The notes under the pieces are model-generated. The model was given only the letters and a program-made list of their open reading frames with translations, did no database searches and was not told where the DNA came from. From Camelus dromedarius (Eukaryota), in assembly GCF_036321535.1 (NCBI RefSeq), contig NC_087472.1:90894001-90958000 (forward strand): a stretch of DNA of 64,000 nucleotides, in the 5' to 3' direction. Made by a program: the position numbers and the translations under genes. This document shows, piece by piece, positions 13,233-26,000 of the stretch. Positions within the stretch are counted from its first letter, which is position 1, and the number at the start of each line of letters is the position of its first letter.

Positions 13233-14852
13233 TATAAATTGAAAAATATCCCATGTTTATGGATCAGAAGACTCAATATTGTTAAGATATCAATAGTCCC
13301 CCAAATTATCTACAGACTCAATGCAATCCCTATCAACAGTCCAGCTGGCTTTCTGGGGGAAAAAATTGACAAGTTTATCCTAAAATTCACATGGAAATAT
13401 AAGGGACACAGAACAGCTAAAACAATCTTGAAAAAGAAGAATAAAGTTGGAAGACTCATATATTTTCCTATTTCAAAACTTATTACAGACCTACAGTAAT
13501 CAAGACAGTGTTGTATTATCATAAGTTTAGATATACAGATTTATAGAACAGAATTGGGAGTCCAAAAATAAGCCCATATATCTGTGGTCAATTGATTTTT
13601 GACAAGTGTGCCAAGACCATCCAATGGGGAAAGAATAGCCTTCTCAACAAATGTTTCTGGGATAACTGAAGATCCACATACAAAAGAATGAAGTTAGATC
13701 CCTGCCTTACATAATATACAAACATTAACTCAAAATGGATCTGAGACCTAAATGTATCTAAATCTAATAGCTAAAACCATAAAATTCTTAGAAGAAAAAC
13801 TGGTTGTAAATATTTGTGACCTTGAATTAGGCAATGGCTTCTTGGATATGACATCAAAGACACAAGTGACAAAAGAAAAAAATAGATAAATTGGACTTAA
13901 TCATAATTAAGAACTTTTGGGCTTCAAAGGAATCACCATTAAGAAAGTGAAAAGACAATCCACAGAATGGAAGAAATATATCCAGAATATATGCAGAACT
14001 CTTACAACTCAACAATAAACAAATAATTCTATTTTTAAAAGGGGAAAAGATATGAATAGACATTTCTCCAAAGATGATATACAAATAGCCAATAAGTACA
14101 TACAAAGTACTGAACATCACTAGTCATCAGGGAAATGCAAATCAAAATCACAATGTGATACCACTTTATATTCACTAAGACGATTAAAATTTCTTTTTAA
14201 AAAAAACAGACAATAACAGTGTTGGAAACTTCACACATTGCTGGTGGGAATGTAAAAATGGTGCAATCACTTTGGAGAACATTCTGGGAGTTCCTCAAAA
14301 TATTAAACATAGAGTTACCATCAACCCAGCAATTCCATTCCTATGTATATTCCCAACAGAATCGAAAACATGAGTCTACACAAAAACCTGTACACAAATG
14401 TTCATAGTAACATTCCTCATAATAGCCACAAAATGGAAACAACTCAGATGTCTATCAATTGAAAGGATAAATAAATTGTGGTATATGCCTATAATGGAAT
14501 ACTACTCAGCAATAAAAAGGATAAAGATTAAAAACATTATGTTAAGTAAAAGAAGGGAGATACAAAAGGTCATATATTGTATGACTTCATTTATTTGAAA
14601 AGTCCAGAATAGGCAAATCTATAGAGACAGAAAGTTGATTAGTGGTCACCAACCCTGGAGGGAGGCAGCATGGAGAGTGACTGCTAATAAGTAGGGAAAT
14701 TTTCATTTTGGAGTGACAAAAACATTTTGTGATTAGAGTGTGATGATGGTTGCACAACTCTACGAATATACTAAAAACAAGGTAAATACTCACTTTCAAA
14801 AGGTTAATTTTATAGTATATGAGTTATATCTCAATAGGGCTACTTTTTAAAA
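13233..14852 (+). mobile_element. Older LINE-1 (L1MB/L1MC-like) ORF2 3' part and 3'UTR
   Basis: ORF2 remnants (KNIPCLWIRRLNIVKISIVPQIIYRLNAIPI, MEYYSAIK) and a typical L1M 3'UTR ending TATATCTCAATA. Confidence 0.9.
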
Positions 14853-14924
14853 GATGGTTTCAAGACAGTGCAGACTTGGCCTGGGATTTCCTGCTTCGCC
14901 CAGGCTCCTATGAAGCCTAGAACA

Positions 14925-15790
<866 letters not shown>

Positions 15791-15884
15791 TCACCCTGCC
15801 TGGCATGCATAGCGCAATATTGCCCTTGCAAAAAAAAAAAAAGTTCACTTAAGTTTTTCTTCTTTCAATGTTATCATTCCTTCC

Positions 15885-15910
15885 AATAAAGTTACTGGTG
15901 CTTAAATAAA
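15885..15910 (+). terminator. Tandem polyadenylation signals of the ferritin-like gene
   Basis: AATAAA at 15885-15890 and 15905-15910, followed by GT-rich sequence (GGTGTCTGGTTACTTTGT). The first sits in FTH1-like context CATTCCTTCcAATAAA. Confidence 0.75.
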
Positions 15911-18900
15911 GGTGTCTGGTTACTTTGTATGTGCAAAACCCTAACCTTTTAAGTTTAAAACGGGTATGCAGGAGTCTCTTCACCTACCCCCACTCCATCC
16001 ATATGCAGCTCAGGGTCTCCATGGATGGAGGGAGGATTCCATGGGACCCTGAAAAACACAAAATCAATCTTCCCCTTATTAAAAGGGGGGGGGGGTGTGG
16101 AGTGAGGTGAGATGGGTGATCCGAGGCCCTGTGCCTAGGTAGGTGGTGTCTGTGGGTGCCTGTGTATGGTAAAGATACAAAAGAACATGGTCTAGAATTT
16201 ATCACAGTAGTTGCCTTTGGGGAAGAAGTGAAGGAAATAGGATTGGACAGGGATGAAAAGAAAAGGGATCTTTAGATTTATACAATATATTTTACTTCAA
16301 TTAATTATGCAAATGTTAATGTTTATTGAGTCTCACTAGCAAGCCAGGGGCCCTGGAAGACAGCATGGCTGAGACTGCCTCTGACAGGTTGACACTGGGC
16401 TATAGTGATAAGGGGGGATGAGCCTTGGGCTGTCTTCCTCATAGCCAAGGGGTTGACAAACTAGAATAAAATGTGATTAGCACTTTGCAGCTCCAAGTCC
16501 TTTTATTTACATTATTGTATATTATTTTTATAAGAACCTCAAGAAGTAAGAAGGATAGGTGTTAACGACCATGTCTTTATCAGTGAGCAAAAGGGAGGCA
16601 CACAGGTAAAAAGTAATGGAATGTGGACACATACACAGATCTTCTAATGCCTTCTGTTTTTTTCCTGTTACTCCACAAGTGTAACAATGGGTTAAGAAAG
16701 ACTGTGTGAGTAGACTGGGAATCCAGCCATATAACCAGCCCCAGAAGGGAGGGAAATCCCCAACACTTGTAAAGACAGCCCTGATCCCTGCAGTCTTCCC
16801 TCTAATTACAGGTGTGCCTCCCGCCTAGGGTGCGGATGGCTTCTAGACCTCAGCCAGAATCCTTCTCATAGGAAAGAGGTCTTCAGAATTGGCCACAGAA
16901 TGCGTAAGAGGCAGCAGGGCACCGCACAAGAAGGTAGTCAAAACCCGTACACCGGAATCACTCTGTTCAGGCCCTGCCCTACACAGGCAGCAATACTGCT
17001 ACCCTGAGTTAGCCCTGAATTCCTGGGGGACCTCAGGACTGCAAATCCCCGGAGATTACACCTTTCACTCTGAGTGGCTTCTCTTCAGTCACAAGAGGTA
17101 AAGGGGACCGCTACAAAACAGGTATGTTCTGCCTGCAAATTCAGCTCATCTGGACAGAGAAACCCTGTATTTTTGTTATGCACAGGATGCTGTAATCTAT
17201 ATACCGAACAATTGCCTGTTATGGGCCCTTCACTGGGATCTAAAGCTGACCCCAATTTGGGCTGCAGGGCCCCCTTTTTATCCCATCTTTCCCTTTTGTG
17301 TCATACAGAGGGACTCCCTGGGATGATACAGAGAATTCTTAGACCTGCATCCTCTAGGATGTGGGATTTCCTCACCTACAAGATTCAAAGAGAACTGTGA
17401 TTATTACATTCCAGTGCCTATTACAAGCCCCTACTTGTAGTGTCACATTTCACAGCTTTTCTTTAAGAATCCCTGGCAGGGAAGTTTAGACACAGTGACA
17501 GCTCAATTGTTTCTTTCCTTCTTGTTCTTCTGCAAGACAAAAGTGAATGCTCTAAATTGCCCTTTTCCTGGTTCAGCTTTGGGGTCCACAAACAGCCTTT
17601 GGAATATGTGGGCAGTGACGGAAAGAAGAAACATTCAGATGAATGAAGTCTGCCCTGTTGCACTTTCCTATTTCTTGACTTTGTCCATTGCTGTAAGTCT
17701 CCTTATTTTCCCACCCTCCCCTGCCACATACCTCTCAAAAGGAGTGAGTAAACTTCTTGTGGGTGTGTCACCTTCCTGCATACTCACAGCCTTCCCAACT
17801 CCTTGATAACCTGACTCTCAAGACATGGTAGTGAGTTGTGACTTGGTCTTCCAGTCCTGGAAGATACCACCCTGAGATGCACAGCTGGATAACTGTCAGT
17901 CATTGGCCGTGCTCTGTTGCTTAGGGGAATGATGTCTGAAATAGTGGCTGTTGCTATGGGTACCAGAATCTCAGGCACCGATAATATCAGGACAGACTGA
18001 GGGAAAATGATAATAAAATTGATAACTTCATCTCAGGCTCAAACACGGATTCAAATTAACTGTGTTGAATAATTTACCTCTGGGGGAAAAAAATCTTCAC
18101 TCTATCACAAAAGGAAATTTCTTAATAAATGGTTGTCACTGACAAGTTGTACTTCATTTTCCAGAAAAAGGAAAAGTATTTTTTTCCCTCAGAAATGTGT
18201 GACACACAGTACAAAGCACCCATTAATTTCTCCTGCATCTTCTCTACTCTTGAAATTTGTTCTACATTTCTGATTTTTAAATTCTCTTTAATTTTTTTTT
18301 CATTTGCCAGCAATTCCAGTTTCTTTTCACAAGCCCAACAGACATATCTAATCAAGTATTCAGTAGAGGGAGGCATTACCACTAATCTTGGAAGTGATAC
18401 TATGCTTCAGATTTTAAAATAACAGAAATTTTTATTACAATTTTTTTTGCAGTCCTGAGTTCAGCTTCAGAGGGATATTGATGGAATCTGCTTCAGTAAA
18501 GCTAAAGTGAAGGGTGAAATGAGGGTAATTAGCAAAGTTTAGGACACCTAAACAGTAAAGAAATTTATGCCTTGATTCATTAGTCCAGGAGGACGTAAGA
18601 GTGGGTTAAGTTACAGTGGGAAAGCAAAGTAATAATGGTTAACATAATAATCGTGTATCAGTTTGGGTTGGGTTTGACTATGAGTAACAAAGATCAGAAA
18701 AGCAGTGGCTTTAAAAAAAATAAAGGTTTTCTCTCCCATATATAAAATAAGGACGGAGGAAAACAGTTCAGGCTGCTGAGGGAGCTCCTTCCACCTCATT
18801 TCACTGATTCTAAGAGGTGCATTTTTTTCCCCACATTTTAACATCTTTGAAATTGGAATGAATCTTACAATCCCTGTTGGCCATAAGCTGTCACTGCCTG

Positions 18901-19017
18901 AGCAGGCACATCAAGACTCAGCAGAGTGGCATCATTGGCCATGAACAAATTTCTAGAAACATAAGAAGAGTACTCTTAAGAAATTCTGCATCACTAACAC
19001 TCGATGGTACAGAGGAT

Positions 19018-19555
19018 GCTAAATGTCCATCAACAGATGACTGGATAAAGAGGTTGTGATATATTTATATAATGGAATACTACTCAGCCATAAAAAAGAA
19101 TAAAATAATGACATTTGCAGCAACATGGATGGACATGGAGATTGTCATTCTAAGTGAAGTAAGCCAGAAAGAGAAAGAAAAATACCATATGATAGCAATT
19201 ATATGTGGAATCTAAAAAAAAAAAAAAAGACAAACGAACTTACTTACAAAACAGAAACAGATTCATGGACATAGAAAACAAACTTATGGTTACCAGAGGG
19301 GAAGGGAGTGGGAAGGACTAAACTGTGAGCTTGAGATTTGCAGATACTAACTACTATATATAAAATAAACAACAAGTTCATAGTGTATAGCACAGGGAAC
19401 TATATTCAGTTCTTGTAGTAACCTATGGTGAAAAAGAATATGAAAACAAATATATGTATGTTCATGTATGACTGAAGCATTATGCTATACACCAGAAATT
19501 GACACAAAATTGTAAACTGACTATACTTCAATAAAAAAAAAATACATACCAAAAA
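19018..19555 (+). mobile_element. L1 3' end (lineage-specific)
   Basis: KCPSTDDWIK-coding end of ORF2, 3'UTR, AATAAA and A-tail. Confidence 0.9.
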
Positions 19556-19796
19556 AGAGATACCAATGATTCTGAGTACAAAAGTGATTTAGAAAAATTG
19601 AAAATTATTTTATTTAAATTATTTACTTATTCTAGTTTCCTTGAGGTATAATTGACATATTGTGTAAGTTTAAGGTGTACAATGTGATGACTTGACACAC
19701 ATATATTTTGTGAAATGATTATCATAGTGAAGTTAACACATCCTTCACTTCACATAATTACCTTTTTGTGTGTGGTGAGAGCATTTAAGATTTACT

Positions 19797-20357
19797 TGAA
19801 ACCATCAACAAAACAAAAAGACAAACTGCTGAATGAGAGAAACTATTTGCAAATGATATGACCAATAAGGGGTTAATATCCAAAATATATACATACAACC
19901 TGATTAAAAATGGGCAGAAGATCTGAATAAACATTTTTCCAAATAAGACATCCAGATGGCCAACAGGTACATGAAAAGATGCTCGACATCACTAATCATT
20001 AGAGAAGTGTAACTCAAAACCACAGTGAGATATCATCTCACACCTGTCAGAATGGCTATCATCAAAAAGTCTACAAATAACAAATATTGGCAAGAATGTA
20101 GAAAAAAGGGAACCCTCATATATTGTTGATAGGAGTTGGTACAGCCACTATGGAAAAAAGTATGGAGGTTCTTCAAAACACTAAAAATAGAACTACCATA
20201 TGATCCAGCAGTTCCACTTCTGGGTATACATCCAGGGAAAAAAAAACATTACTTTGAAAAGATATACCCACCCCAGTGTAGCAGCATTATTCACAATAGC
20301 CAAGATATGGAAACAACCTATGTGTTCATCAGCAGATCAAGGGATAAAGAAGATATG

Positions 20358-20407
<50 letters not shown>

Positions 20408-20855
20408 GAAGGAAGATTACTCATCCATAAAAAAGAATGAAATTTTTCCATGTGCAACAACATGGATGGACTGGGAGGGTATTATACTAGTGACATAAGT
20501 CAGATAGAGAAAGACAAATACTGTATATTATCACTTATATGTAGAATCTAAAAGTAAAACAAACAAATGTATATAACAAAACAGAAACAGACTTACACAT
20601 ATAGAGAACTAACTAGTGGCTACTAGTGGGGAGGGGCAAAATAGGGGTATGGGATTAAGAGATACAAACTACTATGTATAAAGTAGATAAGCAACAAGGA
20701 GACATTGAACAACTCCAGGAACTATAGCCATTATTTTGTAACAACTTCAAATGGAGTATAATCTATAAAAATACTGATCACTATGCTGTACACCTGAAAC
20801 TAATATAATATTGTAAATCAACTATACTTCAATAAAAGAAAGTTAAAATTTTTTA
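19797..20855 (+). mobile_element. 5'-truncated L1 with perfect 10-bp TSD
   Basis: ORF2 C-terminus ([30 protein letters not shown]) and 3'UTR; TSD AAGATTTACT at 19787-19796 and 20856-20865. Confidence 0.9.
20358..20407. repeat. (AGAT)12 tetranucleotide microsatellite inside L1
   Basis: Direct reading. Confidence 0.95.
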
Positions 20856-21715
20856 AAGATTTACTCCTTTAGCAACTTTCAAGTATATAATGCAAGACTG
20901 TTAACTATAGTCACCATGATGTATATTAGATCCCTAGAACTTATATATCTTATGACTGAGAGTCTGTACCCTTTGACCAATATCTCCCCATTTCTCCCAC
21001 CCCCCAGCACCATTCTACTATTTCTATTCGTTTGGTTTTTTTTAGATTACACATATAAGTGAGATCACACAGAATTTGTCTTTTTTGTCTGACTTGTTTC
21101 ACTTAGAATAATGCCTTCATAGTCCATCCTTGTTGCAAATGGCAGGATTCCCTTCCTTTTTTTACCATTGTATATATATACCACATATTCTTTATCCCTG
21201 TGTCTGTCAATGGACACTTAGGTTGTTTCTAGGTCTTGGCTATTGTGAATAATGCTGCAATAAACATGGGGGTGCAGATATCTTAGAAGAGATGAAACTT
21301 GAATCTGAAGAATTTCTAGCAGAACCATAAACAATTTATCTAATGCATGGTTTCCTTTTTGTGTGTATGCACAAGAGTGACCTAATGACAAAGAAAATCT
21401 ATGTCTAAATAAATGTGAAAGAGATCTTTTAATAAGTATAAATTGAAAAATCTAAGAAAAATTCAATGGATTAAAAAAGGTTATGTCAATTTAATTGGTC
21501 GCATTTTTTTCCTTTCTTCGTGGTACATAAAATAATGGTGTGCCTTAGAAGTGACATATTTGATTTGACACAATACATTATTTTCTTGTTCCATTATACA
21601 GGGCTTCTGGTCTTAAGGTTATCTTTTTTCTAATACAGCTACTGGAGCTCCAACCATTTACATCAGCATACCAGGAAGAAGAAAGAATAGACAGAAACAG
21701 ATACAGATATATTTT

Positions 21716-21790
21716 TATATATATATATATACACACATACACATATATATGTGTGTGTATGTGTGTGTGTGTATAAATATATAAATATAT
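21716..21790. repeat. Compound (TA)n/(CA)n/(TG)n microsatellite
   Basis: Direct reading. Confidence 0.85.
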
Positions 21791-22024
21791 AAAATGAGCA
21801 GGGAAAGATAGGGACCTTTACTAGGAGGAAGGAAAAGATTGTAAATCTGGGTGCCATAAATTGAGGGCTTATCTTTGAGTTAAGGGGTGGTGGCTTACTG
21901 TGATTTCTGATTCAGGGGAGCAGTGTCATGGGAACATGTATTTTTCAAAATCAGAGGATCCAACAGATGGTCCCAGGCCAGATTCACCTGCAGATGTATT
22001 TTGTTCCAACTAATGATTTTTAAA

Positions 22025-23078
22025 CTAATTTTTAAATTTTGGGAAGAGTGTAGATTTACAGAAATGTTGCAAAGATAGTAGAGAGTTCCTGTATATCCTT
22101 GACCCAGTTTCCTCTGTTAACACCTTACATGTGTTAAAAATAAGAAATTAAAACTAGCACATTATGATTAACTAAACTCAACAGTATATTCAGATTTCAC
22201 CAATTTGGCCACTTAAGTCCTTTTTCTGTTCTGGGTTCCAATCCAGGACATCACATTGCATTTAATGTCAAGTCTCCTTGACCTCTTCTGTCTCAGTCTT
22301 CCCTTGTTTTTCATGACCTTGAGAGTTTTGAAGAGTACTGGTCAAGTATTTTGTAGCATGTTTATCAATTTGGGTTTGTCTGAGGTTTTCTCCTGAATAG
22401 ACAGGGTTATGGGTTTGGAGGAAGAGGACCACAGAGGTATGTGCTCCTCTCATCACTTCATATCAGGGGCTCCATGCTCTCCATATGACATCACCAGTGA
22501 TGCTGACCTTGACCTCTTGGGTAAGGTGAGATCTGCTAGTTTCTCGACTGCAAAGTTACTATTTTCCCCTTTCCATTCTCTACTCTTCAGAAATCAGTCA
22601 CTAAGTCGAGGTCACTCTCAAGGAGTGGGGAAGAGGAACTAAATGTCACCTCCTGGATGGGGAGAGTGTCTACCTATAATATTTGAAATTCTTCTGAAAT
22701 GAAAACTTGTAGCTTCTCTACCATTTGTTTATTTATTCAGTCATCTATTTATATCAGTATGGACTCGTTGATACTTACTTACTACTTTGAGTTATAAACC
22801 AATACTATGTTATTTATTTAGTTGCTCAAATTGTTCCCAATTTGGCCATTGGGAACTTTCTGTTGGCTCTTGACATACTTCCATGAGAGAGAGAGAGAGA
22901 GAGAGCGAGCGAGAGAGAGCGAGAGCGAGCGAGCACGTAGAGTACTTTCTTACTTTCTGGCACTACAAGATGGTCCAAGCTTATGATGTATTTTCTCTGC
23001 CCCTGTCCTAGGATCAGCCACTTCTCCAAGGACCTCTAGTTCCTTTTGTTGGTTAGATGGTATTTAGAAACTAAAATC
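22025..23078 (-). mobile_element. Old L1 3'UTR (L1MC/MD-like) with (GA)n(GCGA)n repeat at 22885-22933
   Basis: GATTTACAGAAATGTTGCAAAGATAGTAGAGAGTTCC start and CAGCCACTTCTCCAAGGA...GGTATTTAGAAAC end; flanked by hAT/MER102-like pieces. Confidence 0.75.
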
Positions 23079-26000
23079 TTGACAAACTAGTGAGTTTTGA
23101 ACTGGAAGAATTCTCATAAAATTCTAAATGTCTGGCTTCTCTTAAAAACGTTAACTGTTTGGCCACACTGGGCCCTGTCCCATGGGAACTTTCATATGGA
23201 GCTGAGTTTTAGCTAACATCTTCAATTACATTCTCCAATTCACCACAGTACATGCCATTCATGTATTCATGCCACCAATGTAACTTAGGTACCCAAATGT
23301 GCCTCTTCATTGATTTAAATTACCTGCTGGGCACTGCAGGTACTCACTTTTGTGTTGTTGTACCTAGACTGTCTCAAGCACCACAGAGTGTGTAGGAGTC
23401 AGTAACTCAGGATGGATCCTTTGACCCAGAAAAAGAATGGTTCCTGTCTCTTGGTTTGATGTACCCCTGTATCTCTGGGCCTCTAACGGTATTTGGGAGA
23501 TGAAACTTGGGTCCTTAGGTTGTCTATTTCCTTGCTGCTTAGAAGTCAAAAGAGCTCAGCTTATAATTTAATCTACAGGTGTCTTTGTCAGTTTCTTGTC
23601 CCCTTATTGGCCAAAGTACTCAATCTGTTTACCTCTTGTTATCACTCTATGTCACAATGAGAAATCACCTTGATGTTTGTGTAGACTTCAACTATATCAC
23701 CAGGCAGAATATACAAGACGTCACAGACCAAACAGCTCACAGATCCAACTAAGATGGCTTGGATCCCACTGTCTACTGAATTATTTAGAACAGTGAGAAT
23801 CAAGTGGGGGGGGGGGGAGAGAGCACACGAGAACACTAGCGCAATGGAAGGACCGTGCAGCCTGAATCCTATGTCACACAATGTTCACATGTCCATTCTC
23901 TCTGCTGCTTTAGCTTTCTCCGCTTCGTATGGTTATGAAGACCAGTGATAAAGATATGTAGAGCTAATATACACCAGTTCTGTCAGAGACATCAAGGGAC
24001 AAGTACTCCTAGTATGTAGGGCAGAGGATATGTGGGACCAAAACTGGGTGCCACCAGTGGGTGGCTGATCTAAGGATGCAACAATTGTCATGAATACTTG
24101 GTGTCTCCTTGGTCGTTCCATCCCTTCCTATTCAGAACACGTATATTCTGCCTACTTTATCCATGTCTAATATGTCTCACAAGGATTAGCTATACTTAGT
24201 TTTGTCTATCCTCCTTATTTTTCTTCTCTATTACAGAATACTCTTAAATAAACAGCAAACAAACATTTTCCTATACAAGCATCTTCTAATCTGTTCCTCA
24301 GAGATGACCTGGCCCAGATAGGTGTCGTAAATATTTTGCAGGGTATTGTTAGGTTGATTCCTGTCCTGGCTCTGTTGACTAGAATCTTTATTGCCCACCT
24401 TGATGATCATCTTGAAACCCTCCCAGGAGCATATCGAGCTTACCATAATGGGAGTCATGACCACATTTTCTTTAAGGACCTTGATTCCATAGCCCCTAAT
24501 ACCTTGAGGAAATCATTGTCTTCAGCAATCTGGAAAGGAAAGAAACAAAGTCTTCCTAAAAAGGGGTATCCCTGCCTAGTTGTCCCACCTTTGTACTAGT
24601 CTGATACCTGTAGTGGACTAGGTCTAGGAGGCTCTTGGACAAAGATGGGGGCAGGAAGTTGATTTCATAAGCTAAGAGTCAATGGAAAGTAAAGATATGG
24701 ACAATGGAGAGTAGACACAGATGCAGGGAGTTTCAAGAAGCCACTGGAAGTTCATTGAATAGCTATTTATGAGAACCAAAAAATGGGAGGCAGCACGGGA
24801 CTGATTAAATGTAGTCCCAAATATGCAGTATTAAGCAGTCATTAAACTTATGTTTTCTCAAGCAAGTTCACTTTTGCCCATTAGGAGACTAGATCAAGGA
24901 GTGACTCAAGGCCAATAAATCCAGGGACCAATGATGAAGCAAAAAAGTCATCCAAGTCCTCAGAAAAGGGAATAACCAGAATGGTGCCTTGCTGGTCTCT
25001 GGTGAAGACATCCTGTGGGCTTCACAACCAGGCAACTGAGCTCCGTTCTCTCCCAATTTGCTCTGGACGGATCTTTTCTTCACAAACAGAATTTCCTTTG
25101 ATTGGAGAGAACTTCCACTTTTTCATCTGAAGGTTCCCAAGAGGGACCTAGTGAAAAAGGTGAAGAAGAAGACCGGAGGGTCCTTTGGCGAGCCTACTTG
25201 GTTTCGGGACAGTCCCCCGATGCAGGACTGCTGCTGGCACAGCAGCGCTCAGTGACGCCAGGACTGGGCAGGGCACGAGAGCTTCACTGTTTATCTGTCA
25301 ATCCGCATCTTGATGAAAATAACAATGTTACAAGAAGAGGGGGGTTGTGGAAAGAGATGAGGGGTGCTTTCCCCTCAACAAACAAAGAAAACCTACTTCA
25401 CCTATCTGATCTGTTTACGGCAGCAAAAGGAGAGTAGCTTTCACGGAAAGAAGTTTGGGAGAAAAGGAGAATGCCCAACTTGTCCAAGATGTTAGGAAGA
25501 GAAGACCTGAGGGTGGCAGGAAGATGGCAAACCCAATCATAAGCATAATCATTAGGGTCCAATTCATAAAGGTATTAAGTTTGGCAGAAATGCATGCTCT
25601 GTCTGGGAGGATTTCACAGTAAACAAAGCAACTTTAAAACCAAAAGAATTGTTAGCTTCTTTCCCTCCACTCCTTCTTCAAAGATGTGAACATGTATGGA
25701 AAACAGAGGGTAAAGAAGTGAAAGAAAGAGTATCCCATTGATTGAAAAGCCACGATTTGGATAATTCCCTGGGAGATGGTTAGCTTGAAGATGAAGCTTG
25801 TGAGAGGAGGAGAAGTTGGCCTGACAGATGCGAAGGTAAAAACAACATGAGACAGACTTCCAAATCAGGGCCTGCGGGGACTGAGGACATAGCCCAGAAA
25901 GGGAGCTCCTCTGCTGTGAAAGGAAGAAGTATAACTCAAGGGGGGATGATAAAAGATGAAGCATGGCGGGCAGCCTAAGGCCAAGCATACAGTTTTTATG

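Larger units (their letters stand above)
19604..21282 (-). mobile_element. Antisense L1 3' end (L1MA-like), interrupted by the L1 at 19797-20855
   Basis: Halves 19604-19796 and 20856-21282 join seamlessly across the TSD AAGATTTACT. Confidence 0.82.
18797..21578 (+). mobile_element. Tc2/Kanga-like DNA transposon split by three nested L1 insertions
   Basis: 5' end ATTTCACTGATTCTAAGAGGTGCATTTTTTT...TTAACATCTTTGAAATTGG and 3' end ATAAAATAATGGTGTGCCTTAG...GATTTGACACAATAC. Segments are 18797-19017, 19556-19603 and 21283-21578. Confidence 0.6.

Noticed and set aside
15830..15842. A13 run after the ferritin CDS as a retrocopy poly(A) tail
   Set aside because: FTH1-like 3'UTR sequence and the AATAAA signals continue downstream, so it is an internal expansion; no TSD was found.
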